Assembly (NCBI GenBank): GCA_017991635.1
Contig: JAGOQE010000003.1
Location: 1-56,828 of the forward strand
Direction: 5' to 3'
Length of the DNA stretch: 56,828 nucleotides
From: Minisyncoccota bacterium
Lineage (GTDB): Bacteria; Patescibacteriota; Minisyncoccia; Phycocordibacterales; Phycocordibacteraceae
Numbering within the stretch: the first letter of the stretch is position 1; each line of letters begins with the position of its first letter. A program made the position numbers and the translations under genes. The notes under the pieces are model-generated. The model did no database searches. It was given only the letters and a program-made list of their open reading frames with translations, and was not told the origin of the DNA. Shown here piece after piece: positions 37,941 through 47,922 of the stretch.

Positions 37941-39065
37941 ATGCTCACATCAGAATCACAACAATCCAAGAATAATCCAAGAATCAAGGTGCTGTATTTG
38001 TACACTGGGTTAAATCGTTCGTCTTTGTTTGAGCCTGTAGCCAAAGGCATTATTCCAAATTCCGCTTTTAGGGGATACTTTGAATTAAAAAATGCTCCAG
38101 CACTTGACGTAAGTTTATTTGATCTTTCCGGGACCCTGAATCAGTTCCCACCTTTAGTTAAGAAGATTTTTCCAAATGATGTGCTGTACCTTTTTTCGCT
38201 CCCCAAAGTTCTTAGCTATGATTGTGTTATTGCGTCAGAGGTCTATTTACTTGGTCTCGTGGCGTCTCTTTACGGAAAACTAGCAAGGAAACCAAAATGG
38301 ATTTACGTGCCTATTAACAGTTCGGTTCTTGTAACTAGACATAAAAGAAACTTTATTAAAAGATTTTCCTTGTCAGTTTTTTGGAGAAGTTTTTCTAGGA
38401 TTGCGTATATAACAGAGAGTCAGAGAAGAGATTTTGTAAATCTTGGAGTCAAAAACGATGCGTTGGTTTATGTCCCTTTTGGGGTAGACGTTAATTTTTT
38501 TAACAGCACATACAAAGATAGTGATGATGATTACGTGCTGAGCATTGGTAGAGATCTGGGAAGGGACTTTAGCGCTCTATTCAGAGTTGCCAAATTGCTT
38601 CCGTATAAGTTTATTGTTGCGACGTCACCATCGAACGTTCCGGAAGGTTCAGATATTCCTGATAATCTCTTGGTTTATTACAATCTTTCTCCAGAAGAGA
38701 TTAGAATGCTATATAAAAAGGCAAGAATTGTTGCATTATTTCTTGATGAAGATGGGTCGGTTAAAGGTTCAGATTGTACTGGTCAAACGGTTATGCTGGA
38801 GGCGTTATCTGCTTCGCGTCCAGTGTTTGCAACTAATCGCGCGTGGATTAGAGAGTATTTTAATGAGGGACAAGAATACTGTGCTGTACCAAAGGGAAGT
38901 GATGCCGAAATTGCTCAAACACTCACCTCGCTTTGGAACGATACTGATCTTAGATTCACGCTTTCTCGAAATGGATATCAAGCGGTCACAAGAAAATATA
39001 GTTCATCTGCGTACGCTTCTCGTGTTGAGAAATTAATACATGACCTGTACGCGAAATCTATTTAA
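37941..39065 (+). CDS. Glycosyltransferase (GT-B family 1/4)
   Basis: ATG at 37941 lies after the upstream stop and is preceded by GGGAGGA. The C-terminal half is GT-B-like (GQTVMLEALSASRPVFATN). Confidence 0.7.
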   Translation: MLTSESQQSKNNPRIKVLYLYTGLNRSSLFEPVAKGIIPNSAFRGYFELKNAPALDVSLFDLSGTLNQFPPLVKKIFPNDVLYLFSLPKVLSYDCVIASEVYLLGLVASLYGKLARKPKWIYVPINSSVLVTRHKRNFIKRFSLSVFWRSFSRIAYITESQRRDFVNLGVKNDALVYVPFGVDVNFFNSTYKDSDDDYVLSIGRDLGRDFSALFRVAKLLPYKFIVATSPSNVPEGSDIPDNLLVYYNLSPEEIRMLYKKARIVALFLDEDGSVKGSDCTGQTVMLEALSASRPVFATNRAWIREYFNEGQEYCAVPKGSDAEIAQTLTSLWNDTDLRFTLSRNGYQAVTRKYSSSAYASRVEKLIHDLYAKSI

Positions 39066-40317
39066 GTGAGACTTTAGAAATAGTGATAACAATAATAAAA
39101 GCAAGGCAAGATGAGATAACTTTCCCTGCTACGAGTCCCCAAATACCAAAAGTTAAAACTCCTAAAAGTGGGAAAGCAACTTGGCAGCCTGATATAAGGA
39201 GATTCCCTACATACATCGCTTGAGTTTTTTTGGTCGCCGTAAGTGCAGTGAGTGGCAAAACAGTACCTGAATTGAAGATAACTGTCGCAGCGTAAAGTAT
39301 TGAAAGAGGAACAGCTTCCATATATGTCGCAAAGAATACGGAGAAAAACCAATGAGCAAGGATTGTATAGATTGCTACCACAATCACAGTGATGCTCATT
39401 CCATACAGCACTTTTGGAAGCAATTTACTTCTAATCTCAAGAGCGCTCCTTGTTGAAAATCGGGGCAGAGCGGCATTTCCTAAGAATCGGTAGGAGATAC
39501 TTCCCAGACGGTCAGGAACGGCAGTTGCAAAACTGTAGGTGGCAAGGGCGACAGGTCCAAGAAAATGGAAGGCGAACACGTTATCAAGCTGGCTTGCTAA
39601 CGCACTTATAAAGTTCATTGCGCTTAAGTGAAAACTATATCGAACGGCGGCTGGATCGGTCGGTTCTGTTGGTTTGTATATACGTAGTGTGACGAAGTAG
39701 AAAAATACATGAGTCACCACTTGGACAGCAAGATTAATAAACAAAAGGACCAAGACATCTGCGCCGAGCACTACTGCAAGAACAAGGAATCCGTAGTACA
39801 GGAAACTTCCCGTGAGTCCAAAAATACCGTTACGCTTGAAATCCTTTTTTCCAGTTAGGAATGCATTGTAGGTGTTGAACGTGTAAAGAAGTGGAGCAAG
39901 AACTGCAACAATGGCCGCACCGATAGCAATTGTGTAATTGCCAGCAATTACGTAGTAAAGGGCAATACAACCCCCTAGGAGGGTCGGAATTATTCCGTAC
40001 ACAAGTTGAATACGTATTGAGTGCTTTAGAATTCCGTCGTGGTTTTGCGCGACAGCTCTAGTTACTGCCGTGTTCATCCCGGTAAGGGTTACTGTCGTTA
40101 CAATTGCAAATAGGGAAAGGAGGTACTGATACAGGCCATATGTTTCTTTTGGAAGAAAGTGAGCAAACATGACATACAGTACGAATGACCCCAGTGCAGT
40201 TGTAACCGTCTGGGCATTGGTCCAAAGTCCAGCTGAAGCAAGGTACACCATATCGGTGCCTGTAAAGCGTTCCGATTTTCTAAGTGCTCCAATAGCTGCC
40301 TTTTTGAGTGTTTTCAT
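39058..40317 (-). CDS. Oligosaccharide/polysaccharide flippase (Wzx, MOP superfamily)
   Basis: About 419 aa with roughly 12-14 TM segments. Start at 40317 (MKTLKKAAIG). Confidence 0.8.
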   Translation of the reverse strand: MKTLKKAAIGALRKSERFTGTDMVYLASAGLWTNAQTVTTALGSFVLYVMFAHFLPKETYGLYQYLLSLFAIVTTVTLTGMNTAVTRAVAQNHDGILKHSIRIQLVYGIIPTLLGGCIALYYVIAGNYTIAIGAAIVAVLAPLLYTFNTYNAFLTGKKDFKRNGIFGLTGSFLYYGFLVLAVVLGADVLVLLFINLAVQVVTHVFFYFVTLRIYKPTEPTDPAAVRYSFHLSAMNFISALASQLDNVFAFHFLGPVALATYSFATAVPDRLGSISYRFLGNAALPRFSTRSALEIRSKLLPKVLYGMSITVIVVAIYTILAHWFFSVFFATYMEAVPLSILYAATVIFNSGTVLPLTALTATKKTQAMYVGNLLISGCQVAFPLLGVLTFGIWGLVAGKVISSCLAFIIVITISKVSLK

Positions 40318-40426
40318 GAGTGTATAGAAGCATCCTAGCATTTACGTAGAACTCCTATGTACCTACTGTATAACTAAGGGCTATATAGATATGGTGCACA
40401 GGAAGAGTGGTGGTAAGGTAGTGAGT

Positions 40427-41356
40427 ATGAAGAATGTCCTTGTTACAGGAGCTGGTGGGTTCATTGGTTTGGCGCTATCACGCTATCTTGCCGACAAAGG
40501 GTATTCAGTCGTCGCCTTGGTTAGAGAGGGGCGTGTGCCAACAGAATTAACTAACCATCCTCAAATAACGGTAGTGCCTGTCGATATCCGTGACGAGGAT
40601 GAAATGAAGAGGGTGGGCGAACTATATCGTCCTGAGTGGGTCTTTCATCTCGCAGCTTCAAATATTCAAAGCGGAATTACTGCTGACCCAAGGACACTCA
40701 TTGATACAAATATTCTTGGTACGCGTGCAGTGCTTGAAATGGCGAAACACTCCGGGTCTCAAGCATGCGTGACGATGGGTTCGTTTTTAGAGTATGGACA
40801 AAGGGAAACTGCACTTAGAGAGGATATGGTATGTGCGCCACCAGAACTCTATAGTGTAAGCAAACTTGCAGGAACGCTTCTTGCGCAATCGTATGCACGG
40901 GAGGGAACATTGCCACACATAGTAAGCTTTAGACTCTTTACTCCCTATGGTCCAGGTATACAGGAGGGAAGGTTGGTGAGAGAGATTATCACGCGTGCAT
41001 TACGAGGAGAGCCATTACTGCTGACGCGACCTACAGTTACACGCGATTTCATATTTATAGATGATATTGTGCGTGTGCTTGAAGAAGCGGCAGAGCAATC
41101 GGAACGCCATATGGGACAGATTTACAATCTTGGGAGCGGAGAGAAAACTACCCTTGAGTACCTTGCTAACACCGTTCTTAATCTGACGGGCTCTCTAAGT
41201 GAGATTGAATGGGGAGGGTTCGGAAACGTCTCATACGATACTGATCTCTGGCAGGCAGATATGAAAAAGACATACAGTGCTTTTTCCTGGAGGCCAGAAA
41301 CATCTCTTACGGAGGGCGTAGAGAAGACGATTTCATGGGTGAAATCATTATCTTAG
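40427..41356 (+). CDS. NAD-dependent epimerase/dehydratase
   Basis: MKNVLVTGAGGFIG at 40427. YSVSK (YxxxK). Confidence 0.8.
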   Translation: MKNVLVTGAGGFIGLALSRYLADKGYSVVALVREGRVPTELTNHPQITVVPVDIRDEDEMKRVGELYRPEWVFHLAASNIQSGITADPRTLIDTNILGTRAVLEMAKHSGSQACVTMGSFLEYGQRETALREDMVCAPPELYSVSKLAGTLLAQSYAREGTLPHIVSFRLFTPYGPGIQEGRLVREIITRALRGEPLLLTRPTVTRDFIFIDDIVRVLEEAAEQSERHMGQIYNLGSGEKTTLEYLANTVLNLTGSLSEIEWGGFGNVSYDTDLWQADMKKTYSAFSWRPETSLTEGVEKTISWVKSLS

Positions 41357-41420
41357 GCAGGAAAATTCGTATCCTGTACGGTTCATTTTAGCTGTGATAT
41401 CGTTTACCTAAGCTCATACT

Positions 41421-42644
41421 ATGGAAAAAAACAAACAACCAATGCGTGTCCCTTATGCTCAAGCAGTGTACGGAAAGGAAGAAGTGAATGCTGTACTGAA
41501 TGTGCTCAAGGATCCACTTAAGCTCTCGCCAGGAGTTGCTGTCGCAGCCTTCGAGGAGAAGGTGGCTTCAGTATTTGGTCAAAAGTTTGGTATTTTTGTA
41601 AATTCAGGTTCATCAGCAAACATGATTGCTCTTGAGGTGTTGAATGCTCCTCCAGGTTCTGAAGTTATTACTCCAGTATTTACGTTTGCAACAACCGTTG
41701 CTCCTATCTTGCAGAAAGGGCTTGTGCCAGTGTTTGTCGATATTGAAGAGGGAACATATTTGGCAAATATTGATCAAATTGAAAAGGCCATTACTCCAAA
41801 AACCAAGGCAATCATGATTCCTTCGCTTTTGGGGAATATTCCTGATTTAAAGCGACTTCAGAAGATTGCGAAGAAGCACAATATACTTCTGATTGATGAC
41901 TCATGTGATACTATCGGCGCAACATTTGCTGGTAAGCCAACAGGTAGCTTTAGCGATGTCTCTGTTACGAGCTTTTACGCTTCACACATAATCACTGCGG
42001 CAGCTACAGGCGGTATGGTGTGCTTTAAAAATCCTGCACTAGCTCGAAGGGCTCGAGTACTGGCTGCTTGGGGTCGAGAATCAACACTCTTTGGAAGTCA
42101 TGAGAAATCGGAAGATATCAAGAAGCGCTTCAATGGAGTTCTTGATGGCGATACCTATGACGCAAAGTTTTTGTTTACAGAAATTGGCTACAATTTCCAA
42201 TCAACAGAGATTTCAGCAGCGTTCGGACTTGAGCAGTTGAAGCGGTTACCTGGATTTGCAAAGAAACGAGCACAGCGATTCGCTCAACTCACCGCATTTG
42301 CGAAGCGTTATGAGAAGTGGTTCACACTCCCAAAGCAGGACCCACGTGCCGTTACTAACTGGCTCGCGTTTCCACTTACGCTAAAGCCGGAGGCTCCCTT
42401 TACTCGAGCTGAGATTACTCGTTATTTGGAAGAGGCAAATATTCAGACGCGACCTGTATTTACTGGAACCATTCTGAAACAGCCAGGATATCAGAACATA
42501 AAGCACCGAAAGGCAGTAAAAACATTCCCGGTGTCTGATTATGTGATGAAGAATGGTTTTCTGGTCGGCGCACATCACGGACTCACTGATGCGCAAATGA
42601 CCTATCTCCTCAAGACGCTCGAGACATTTTTAAGCAAGTACTAG
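41421..42644 (+). CDS. DegT/DnrJ/EryC1/StrS-family PLP enzyme (RfbH-like sugar aminotransferase/dehydrase)
   Basis: 407 aa. NSGSSAN, SFYASH (Lys/His pocket region), a C-terminal TRPVFTG. Confidence 0.8.
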   Translation: MEKNKQPMRVPYAQAVYGKEEVNAVLNVLKDPLKLSPGVAVAAFEEKVASVFGQKFGIFVNSGSSANMIALEVLNAPPGSEVITPVFTFATTVAPILQKGLVPVFVDIEEGTYLANIDQIEKAITPKTKAIMIPSLLGNIPDLKRLQKIAKKHNILLIDDSCDTIGATFAGKPTGSFSDVSVTSFYASHIITAAATGGMVCFKNPALARRARVLAAWGRESTLFGSHEKSEDIKKRFNGVLDGDTYDAKFLFTEIGYNFQSTEISAAFGLEQLKRLPGFAKKRAQRFAQLTAFAKRYEKWFTLPKQDPRAVTNWLAFPLTLKPEAPFTRAEITRYLEEANIQTRPVFTGTILKQPGYQNIKHRKAVKTFPVSDYVMKNGFLVGAHHGLTDAQMTYLLKTLETFLSKY

Positions 42645-42653
42645 ATATTACGT

Positions 42654-43709
42654 ATGAGTGTCCAAAGTAAAACCGTACTAATCACTGGAGGGTGTGGTTT
42701 TATGGGTTCTCATTTCGTTCGCACGCTGTATAACAAATATCCCAACTATAAAATAGTAAATCTGGACGTTCTCACCTATGCAGGGAATGGAGATAATTTA
42801 AAGGACCTAGAGCATACCGAATCAGAAAAAGCACCTTCAGACAGACGGTACGATCATGTTGTCGGAGACATATGTGACATTCCTCTCGTTTCAGATCTCT
42901 TCAAGACACACACCTTTGACCTTGTTGTGCATTTCGCCGCCGAGACTCATGTGGACCGTTCAATCTTTAACTTTGGTGATTTTATTAGAACAAATGTTGA
43001 AGGTACCCGTGTCTTACTTGAAGCAGCTCGTGTACATAAGACACCTCGCTTCATTCATGTATCAACAGATGAAGTCTATGGAAATGTACTTGAGGGACAC
43101 TCAGATGAGGGAGCGCCGCTTAATCCTTCAAGTCCCTATTCAGCCTCTAAGACAGCAGGGGACATGCTCGCGCGAACCTATGCAAAAGTGTACGAGCTCC
43201 CTGTAGCTATTATTCGTAGTTCAAATAACTACGCTTCATTTCAGTATCCTGAAAAACTTATCCCGCTCACTATTACCAATTTAATCGAGGGTGCAAAACT
43301 TCCAATCCACGGTGAAGGAACACAGGTACGAAGTTGGCTGCATGTTGATGATTTTTGTAACGCCGTTGACTTAATGGCACACGATACAAAGCCGTTTTCA
43401 ATATATAACTTGGCAGGTGAGGCTCGAACAAATCTAGAAATTATTGAACACATCGCTAAGATTCTAGATAAGGACCATATCCCGCACTTGGCGTTTGTGC
43501 CTGACCGACCTTGTGCCGATTTGCGTTACGCACCGAGTTCTGCACTCATAGAACAAGAGCTTGGCTGGAAGCGTGAACGTGCGCTTGATGAGGCGCTTTC
43601 AAAGGTGGTTCAGTGGTATTTGGAGAATGAAGAGTGGTGGAGAAAAATTAAAAGCAGGAAGGAGTTTATGGATCACTATGAAAAACAGTCTAAGGCATCT
43701 TGGTACTAG
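42654..43709 (+). CDS. rfbB: dTDP-glucose 4,6-dehydratase
   Basis: 351 aa. ITGGCGFMGSHF, LTYAGN, HFAAETHVDRS, STDEVYG, YSASK. Confidence 0.9.
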   Translation: MSVQSKTVLITGGCGFMGSHFVRTLYNKYPNYKIVNLDVLTYAGNGDNLKDLEHTESEKAPSDRRYDHVVGDICDIPLVSDLFKTHTFDLVVHFAAETHVDRSIFNFGDFIRTNVEGTRVLLEAARVHKTPRFIHVSTDEVYGNVLEGHSDEGAPLNPSSPYSASKTAGDMLARTYAKVYELPVAIIRSSNNYASFQYPEKLIPLTITNLIEGAKLPIHGEGTQVRSWLHVDDFCNAVDLMAHDTKPFSIYNLAGEARTNLEIIEHIAKILDKDHIPHLAFVPDRPCADLRYAPSSALIEQELGWKRERALDEALSKVVQWYLENEEWWRKIKSRKEFMDHYEKQSKASWY

Positions 43710-43711
43710 GT

Positions 43712-44266
43712 ATGGAGGTTGAAGCACTCCATCTTAAAGGGTTGCTCGTACTATCTCCCAAGGTGCATGGAGACGCACGAGGATACTTCATGGAGGCTTT
43801 TAATAAGGAGCGTTTTCGCGAGCAAGGTATTACTCTTGAAGTCTCCCAGCATAACCACTCATATTCTCAAGCAGGAGTTGTACGAGGCCTTCATTTTCAA
43901 TGGGACAATCCGCTTGATAAACTCATCCGAGTTATAGGAGGTCGTGCTTTTGTAGTCGCTGTCGATATACGAAAAAAGTCACCCACGTATAAAGAATGGG
44001 TGGGAATTGAACTTTCCTCGGAGAATAAAAAGCAGATATTTATGCCGTTCGGATTTGCCTCTGGTTTCTATGCATATGAGGACGGAACGCAGTTAGAGTA
44101 CTACTATTCTGCACAATTCAATGCTGAAGGGGAGTCAAATATTCGTTACGATGACCCTGAAATAGCAATTACGTGGCCTGCAAAAGACGTCACTGTTTCA
44201 GCTCGTGATGAGGCGGCTCAGTTACTCTCTGAGTGGGAGAAACGACCTGAATCGGACCTCTTTTAA
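43712..44266 (+). CDS. rfbC: dTDP-4-dehydrorhamnose 3,5-epimerase
   Basis: HGDARGYF.E, S.S..GV.RGLHFQ, Y....F. Confidence 0.9.
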   Translation: MEVEALHLKGLLVLSPKVHGDARGYFMEAFNKERFREQGITLEVSQHNHSYSQAGVVRGLHFQWDNPLDKLIRVIGGRAFVVAVDIRKKSPTYKEWVGIELSSENKKQIFMPFGFASGFYAYEDGTQLEYYYSAQFNAEGESNIRYDDPEIAITWPAKDVTVSARDEAAQLLSEWEKRPESDLF

Positions 44267-44320
44267 TGCTCTGATAAGGGCATTGGAGGATTTTGCCGGA
44301 AGCATACTATACTGATTCTT

Positions 44321-46468
44321 ATGAAAAAAGCTCTGCGCTATGTAGTTCTTGGTGGTCTGTTCGTCATTCCGTTCCTCCCTTTATATGTTGAATACGGGTT
44401 CTTTTTTCCTTTTATCACAGGAAAGGGTTTTGCTTTTAGAATTATTGTTGAATTAATTGTTGTTGCGTGGGGAGTACTACTATTGCTTGAGCCTAAGTAC
44501 CGTCCACAACACTCACCACTCTTAGTTATATATGGAGGACTAGTTCTGTGGATGGTCGTAGCGAATTTGCTTGGAGTAAATCCTCACAAAGCGTTTTGGA
44601 GTAACTTTGAGCGAATGGATGGATGGGTGACACTCGTACACGTCTTTATGTTCTTTGTTGTTTCGGGTACGGTGTTGACTGCAGATAAATTGTGGCAGAA
44701 GTGGTGGCAGACATTTATCGTCGGTGCTGGAGTGGTGTCGGCGTACGCTGTACTACAACTTGCAGGTCTGCTTACTATTCACCAAAGTGGTGTGCGTGTA
44801 GATGCGACTATCGGAAACGCTGCGTACCTTGCCGCGTACCTGCTCTTTGCAATTCCTGTAACGATTTGGCAGGCCTTGGTGAGTAAGGGAAATCTACGAT
44901 ACGCACTTTACGCACTCGCTTTTGTAGAAATTGTAGTGCTGTTTGCAACGGCAACTCGAGGGGCGCTTATTGGGTTTGTTGTGGCAACCTTTGCAGGTCT
45001 TGTGTACGCCCTATGGCAGAGTACAGGGAAGAGTAAGAAAATAATTGTAGGCGTACTTCTTCTGTGTGTCACGACAGTCTCTCTTTTTGTTGCGCTACGA
45101 AGCACGCCTCTTATTGCTGAAGATCCAACGCTCTCGCGTATTGCATCAATCTCAACTAAAGAGCTCGGAGTACGCTTCACCTTGTGGGGTATGGGTATTA
45201 CGGGCGCTTTGGAGCGACCACTCACCGGTTGGGGTCAGGAAGGTTTTAACTATATCTACAACGCGAACTACAAGCCGGAACTCTTTGCACAGGAACCATG
45301 GTTTGATAGAGCGCACAATGTCTATCTAGATTGGTTTGTCGCAGGAGGTCTTCCAGCACTCTTACTCTTTCTCTCTCTACTTGGAGTAACGCTTGTTACC
45401 TTGGCACGAAAGAATATTAATCCGATCGCAAAGATTTTATTAACGTGTGCGCTGATTGGGTACGGTGTGCAAGGTCTTGTAGTGTTCGACAACTTGTTTT
45501 CGTACGTCCCACTTGCAGCGATTATTGCCATGGTGCATGGCTTCAGCGCCAAACCATACACTACACGTGCATCAGGCTTTGTGTTTGATAGTGCTACCGT
45601 GCAAACTCTAGTCTTGCCCGTAGTCTTGCCGGTTGGTCTGGTTCTCGTGTATCTCGTAAATATTCAGTCGATGCTGTCTGCGCACCACCTCATTCAAGCG
45701 CTTTCTCCTTGGCCAGATCCACAATCAAATGTTGCCGCGTTTGAGGCAGCACTTGCTGATAACTCATTTGCAAAACAGGAAATTCGAGAACAGCTTGTCG
45801 TTATGGCAGCAGGAGCAGCAAGTAATCAAAATATTAATCCCGATATTCGATTGAAAATGCTCACGCTTGCGGTTACAGAAATGCAGGCACAGTTACAAGC
45901 GTCACCAGGAGATGCTCGACTTTGGTTACAGCTTGCATACGCATATAGAGCGGGAGGTGACTTTGAAAGTGCCCACAAAGCAATAGCGGAAGCTCGCAAA
46001 CTCTCGCCTGTAAAACAGTCATTGATTGTCGAGGACGGAACACTCTATTGGCAACAGCAGAGGTATGAACTAGCACACGCAGAATTTCAGCGTGCGTACG
46101 ATCTTGGTTCAGTGCGGTTTCCTGAGCTTGCAGTTAACCTCGCCGCGTCCTCTGCACGTCTAGGTAATGAAGAGGAATCGGACGCACTTCTCACTGAACA
46201 TTTCGGAACCACTACGGTAAATCGTCAGATGCTCATCATCGCCTACGGTGAATTAGAAAATTATCGTCGGTTAATTCCACTTCTTGAACTCAAAGTGCGC
46301 GAACAGCCCCAAGATGCACTGTCGATTCTTCAGCTTGCAACAGCCTATGCACAGAATGGAAGAACAACTGAAGCTAAGAACTTAGTTCAAGAGATCATGC
46401 GATCAACTCAAGACCCGGCTCTCCTTCAGATTGGAGCTAATCTTCTTACTCAGTTTAAGACGCCATGA
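44321..46468 (+). CDS. O-antigen ligase/polymerase-like (Wzy_C) membrane protein with a C-terminal TPR domain
   Basis: 715 aa. Many TM helices, TRGALIG and HN.YL.....GG motifs, and C-terminal TPR-like repeats (ARLWLQLAYAYRAGGDFESA...). Confidence 0.8.
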   Translation: MKKALRYVVLGGLFVIPFLPLYVEYGFFFPFITGKGFAFRIIVELIVVAWGVLLLLEPKYRPQHSPLLVIYGGLVLWMVVANLLGVNPHKAFWSNFERMDGWVTLVHVFMFFVVSGTVLTADKLWQKWWQTFIVGAGVVSAYAVLQLAGLLTIHQSGVRVDATIGNAAYLAAYLLFAIPVTIWQALVSKGNLRYALYALAFVEIVVLFATATRGALIGFVVATFAGLVYALWQSTGKSKKIIVGVLLLCVTTVSLFVALRSTPLIAEDPTLSRIASISTKELGVRFTLWGMGITGALERPLTGWGQEGFNYIYNANYKPELFAQEPWFDRAHNVYLDWFVAGGLPALLLFLSLLGVTLVTLARKNINPIAKILLTCALIGYGVQGLVVFDNLFSYVPLAAIIAMVHGFSAKPYTTRASGFVFDSATVQTLVLPVVLPVGLVLVYLVNIQSMLSAHHLIQALSPWPDPQSNVAAFEAALADNSFAKQEIREQLVVMAAGAASNQNINPDIRLKMLTLAVTEMQAQLQASPGDARLWLQLAYAYRAGGDFESAHKAIAEARKLSPVKQSLIVEDGTLYWQQQRYELAHAEFQRAYDLGSVRFPELAVNLAASSARLGNEEESDALLTEHFGTTTVNRQMLIIAYGELENYRRLIPLLELKVREQPQDALSILQLATAYAQNGRTTEAKNLVQEIMRSTQDPALLQIGANLLTQFKTP

Positions 46469-47475
46469 GTAGTAAACGTACGACAGAACTTAAAACACTC
46501 ACTACACTCAAAGTAGGAGGCACGACAACATATGTAGATATAGAGACGGTGAATGAGCTTGAAGAGGTTCTTGCTCTGTTAAGACACACTGGTGAGCGAT
46601 GGTACGTTCTTGGCGGGGGTAGTAATGTCTTGGCTTCAGACGCTGGTTTCGACGGAGTCATACTGCGCATGCGTATACAAGGAATGGAGTATAGGGAAGA
46701 GAACGGTTCCGTGGTCGTACGTGTGGGTGGTGGAGTAGAATGGGGTGCGTTTGTTATAGATACTGTAGAACGAGGTCTGTGGGGTGTAGAAAATCTAGCA
46801 GGAATTCCAGGCACGGTAGGTGCGGCACCTGTGCAGAATATTGGAGCATATGGTGTTGAGGTCGAACAAAGCATCACTCACGTTGAGGCATTTGATACAG
46901 AACTCTCTCGCGTAGTTACCATTCCTAAGGATATGTGTAAATTCTCATACCGTACTTCAGCGTTCAAAAATCAAAAGAGGTACATTATCACTTCGGTACA
47001 TTTCATGCTCTCGCGTACGTACTCTCCCCGAACGCACTATAAGGATATTGCGTTCGAACTCCAAAACTATTCAGGCGAACTCACCCCACAGTTTCTAGCA
47101 GAGACTGTTACACGAATACGAAGTAAAAAGTTTCCTGATATAACAAAGGAGGGAACTGCCGGATCTTTTTTCAAAAATCCAATCCTACCTATCGAGGAGT
47201 ATCATCGCCTCACCAAAAGATATGAAGCACTACCAAGCTATCCTGCTGGAGAAGGTTTGGTAAAGATTCCAGCAGCATACATCCTCGATGTCATATTGCA
47301 TTTGCGAGGATACGTAGTTGGTAGAGTGCGTTGCTTTGAAACTCAGCCACTCGTCATTGTTACGAAGGAGGGTGCGAGCGCAAATGACGTAGAAAAATTT
47401 GCAGAAGAGATAGAAAAAAAAGTTTTTGCAGTAACAAAAATAAAAATTGAACGTGAAGTGCAAACAATAAAATAA
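46465..47475 (+). CDS. murB: UDP-N-acetylenolpyruvoylglucosamine reductase
   Basis: 336 aa. LGGGSN.L, GIPGTVG.AP.QNIGAYG, GS.FKNP. Confidence 0.9.
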   Translation: MSSKRTTELKTLTTLKVGGTTTYVDIETVNELEEVLALLRHTGERWYVLGGGSNVLASDAGFDGVILRMRIQGMEYREENGSVVVRVGGGVEWGAFVIDTVERGLWGVENLAGIPGTVGAAPVQNIGAYGVEVEQSITHVEAFDTELSRVVTIPKDMCKFSYRTSAFKNQKRYIITSVHFMLSRTYSPRTHYKDIAFELQNYSGELTPQFLAETVTRIRSKKFPDITKEGTAGSFFKNPILPIEEYHRLTKRYEALPSYPAGEGLVKIPAAYILDVILHLRGYVVGRVRCFETQPLVIVTKEGASANDVEKFAEEIEKKVFAVTKIKIEREVQTIK

Positions 47476-47643
47476 TTTTGTTATCCACAACAATTTTTTT
47501 TTCGTAACTTTATTTTTCAACAACGCGCAATAATACATATAGAACGCATTTGCGTTCGTTACGTTGTTTAGATGCAATAGCATGTGAACGATAGAACGTA
47601 AGTGGGTCGACGATTAGTCATAGTCATAATCAACTACAGATAT

Positions 47644-47802
47644 ATGGCAGCTAAGAAAAAAGCAGCAAAGCGTCCAGCAAAGAAAGCGGCAAAGAAGACA
47701 GTGAAGAAAGCCGTTAAGAAGGCTGTGAAGCGTCCTGCAAAAAAGGCAGTGAAGAAGGCGGTTAAGAAGACCACCAAGCGCAAGGCCGCAAAGCGTAAAT
47801 AG
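47644..47802 (+). CDS. Lys/Ala-rich histone H1-like basic protein
   Basis: 52 aa, MAAKKKAAKRPAKKAAKKTVKKAVKKAVKRPAKKAVKKAVKKTTKRKAAKRK. Followed by a strong terminator. Confidence 0.6.
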   Translation: MAAKKKAAKRPAKKAAKKTVKKAVKKAVKRPAKKAVKKAVKKTTKRKAAKRK

Positions 47803-47811
47803 CTTTGTCAG

Positions 47812-47866
47812 AAAACACCCTGTATGCGAGTTTCGGCTCAGCATACAGGGTGTTTTTGCTTTTTTG
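47812..47866 (+). terminator. Intrinsic terminator
   Basis: A 16-bp stem, aaaacaccctgtatgc / gcatacagggtgtttt, followed by T-runs. Confidence 0.8.
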
Positions 47867-47922
47867 GTGGCGGCACGTAAAGGGTAGAATAATAAGCCAA
47901 TACGCGCTATAATGGCGAAATC

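Noticed and set aside
38545-39036. 163-aa alternate-frame plus-strand ORF
   Set aside because: It is fully embedded in the GT gene at 37941-39065, whose frame has family motifs.
46455-46877. 140-aa minus-strand ORF
   Set aside because: It is antisense to the well-supported murB gene.
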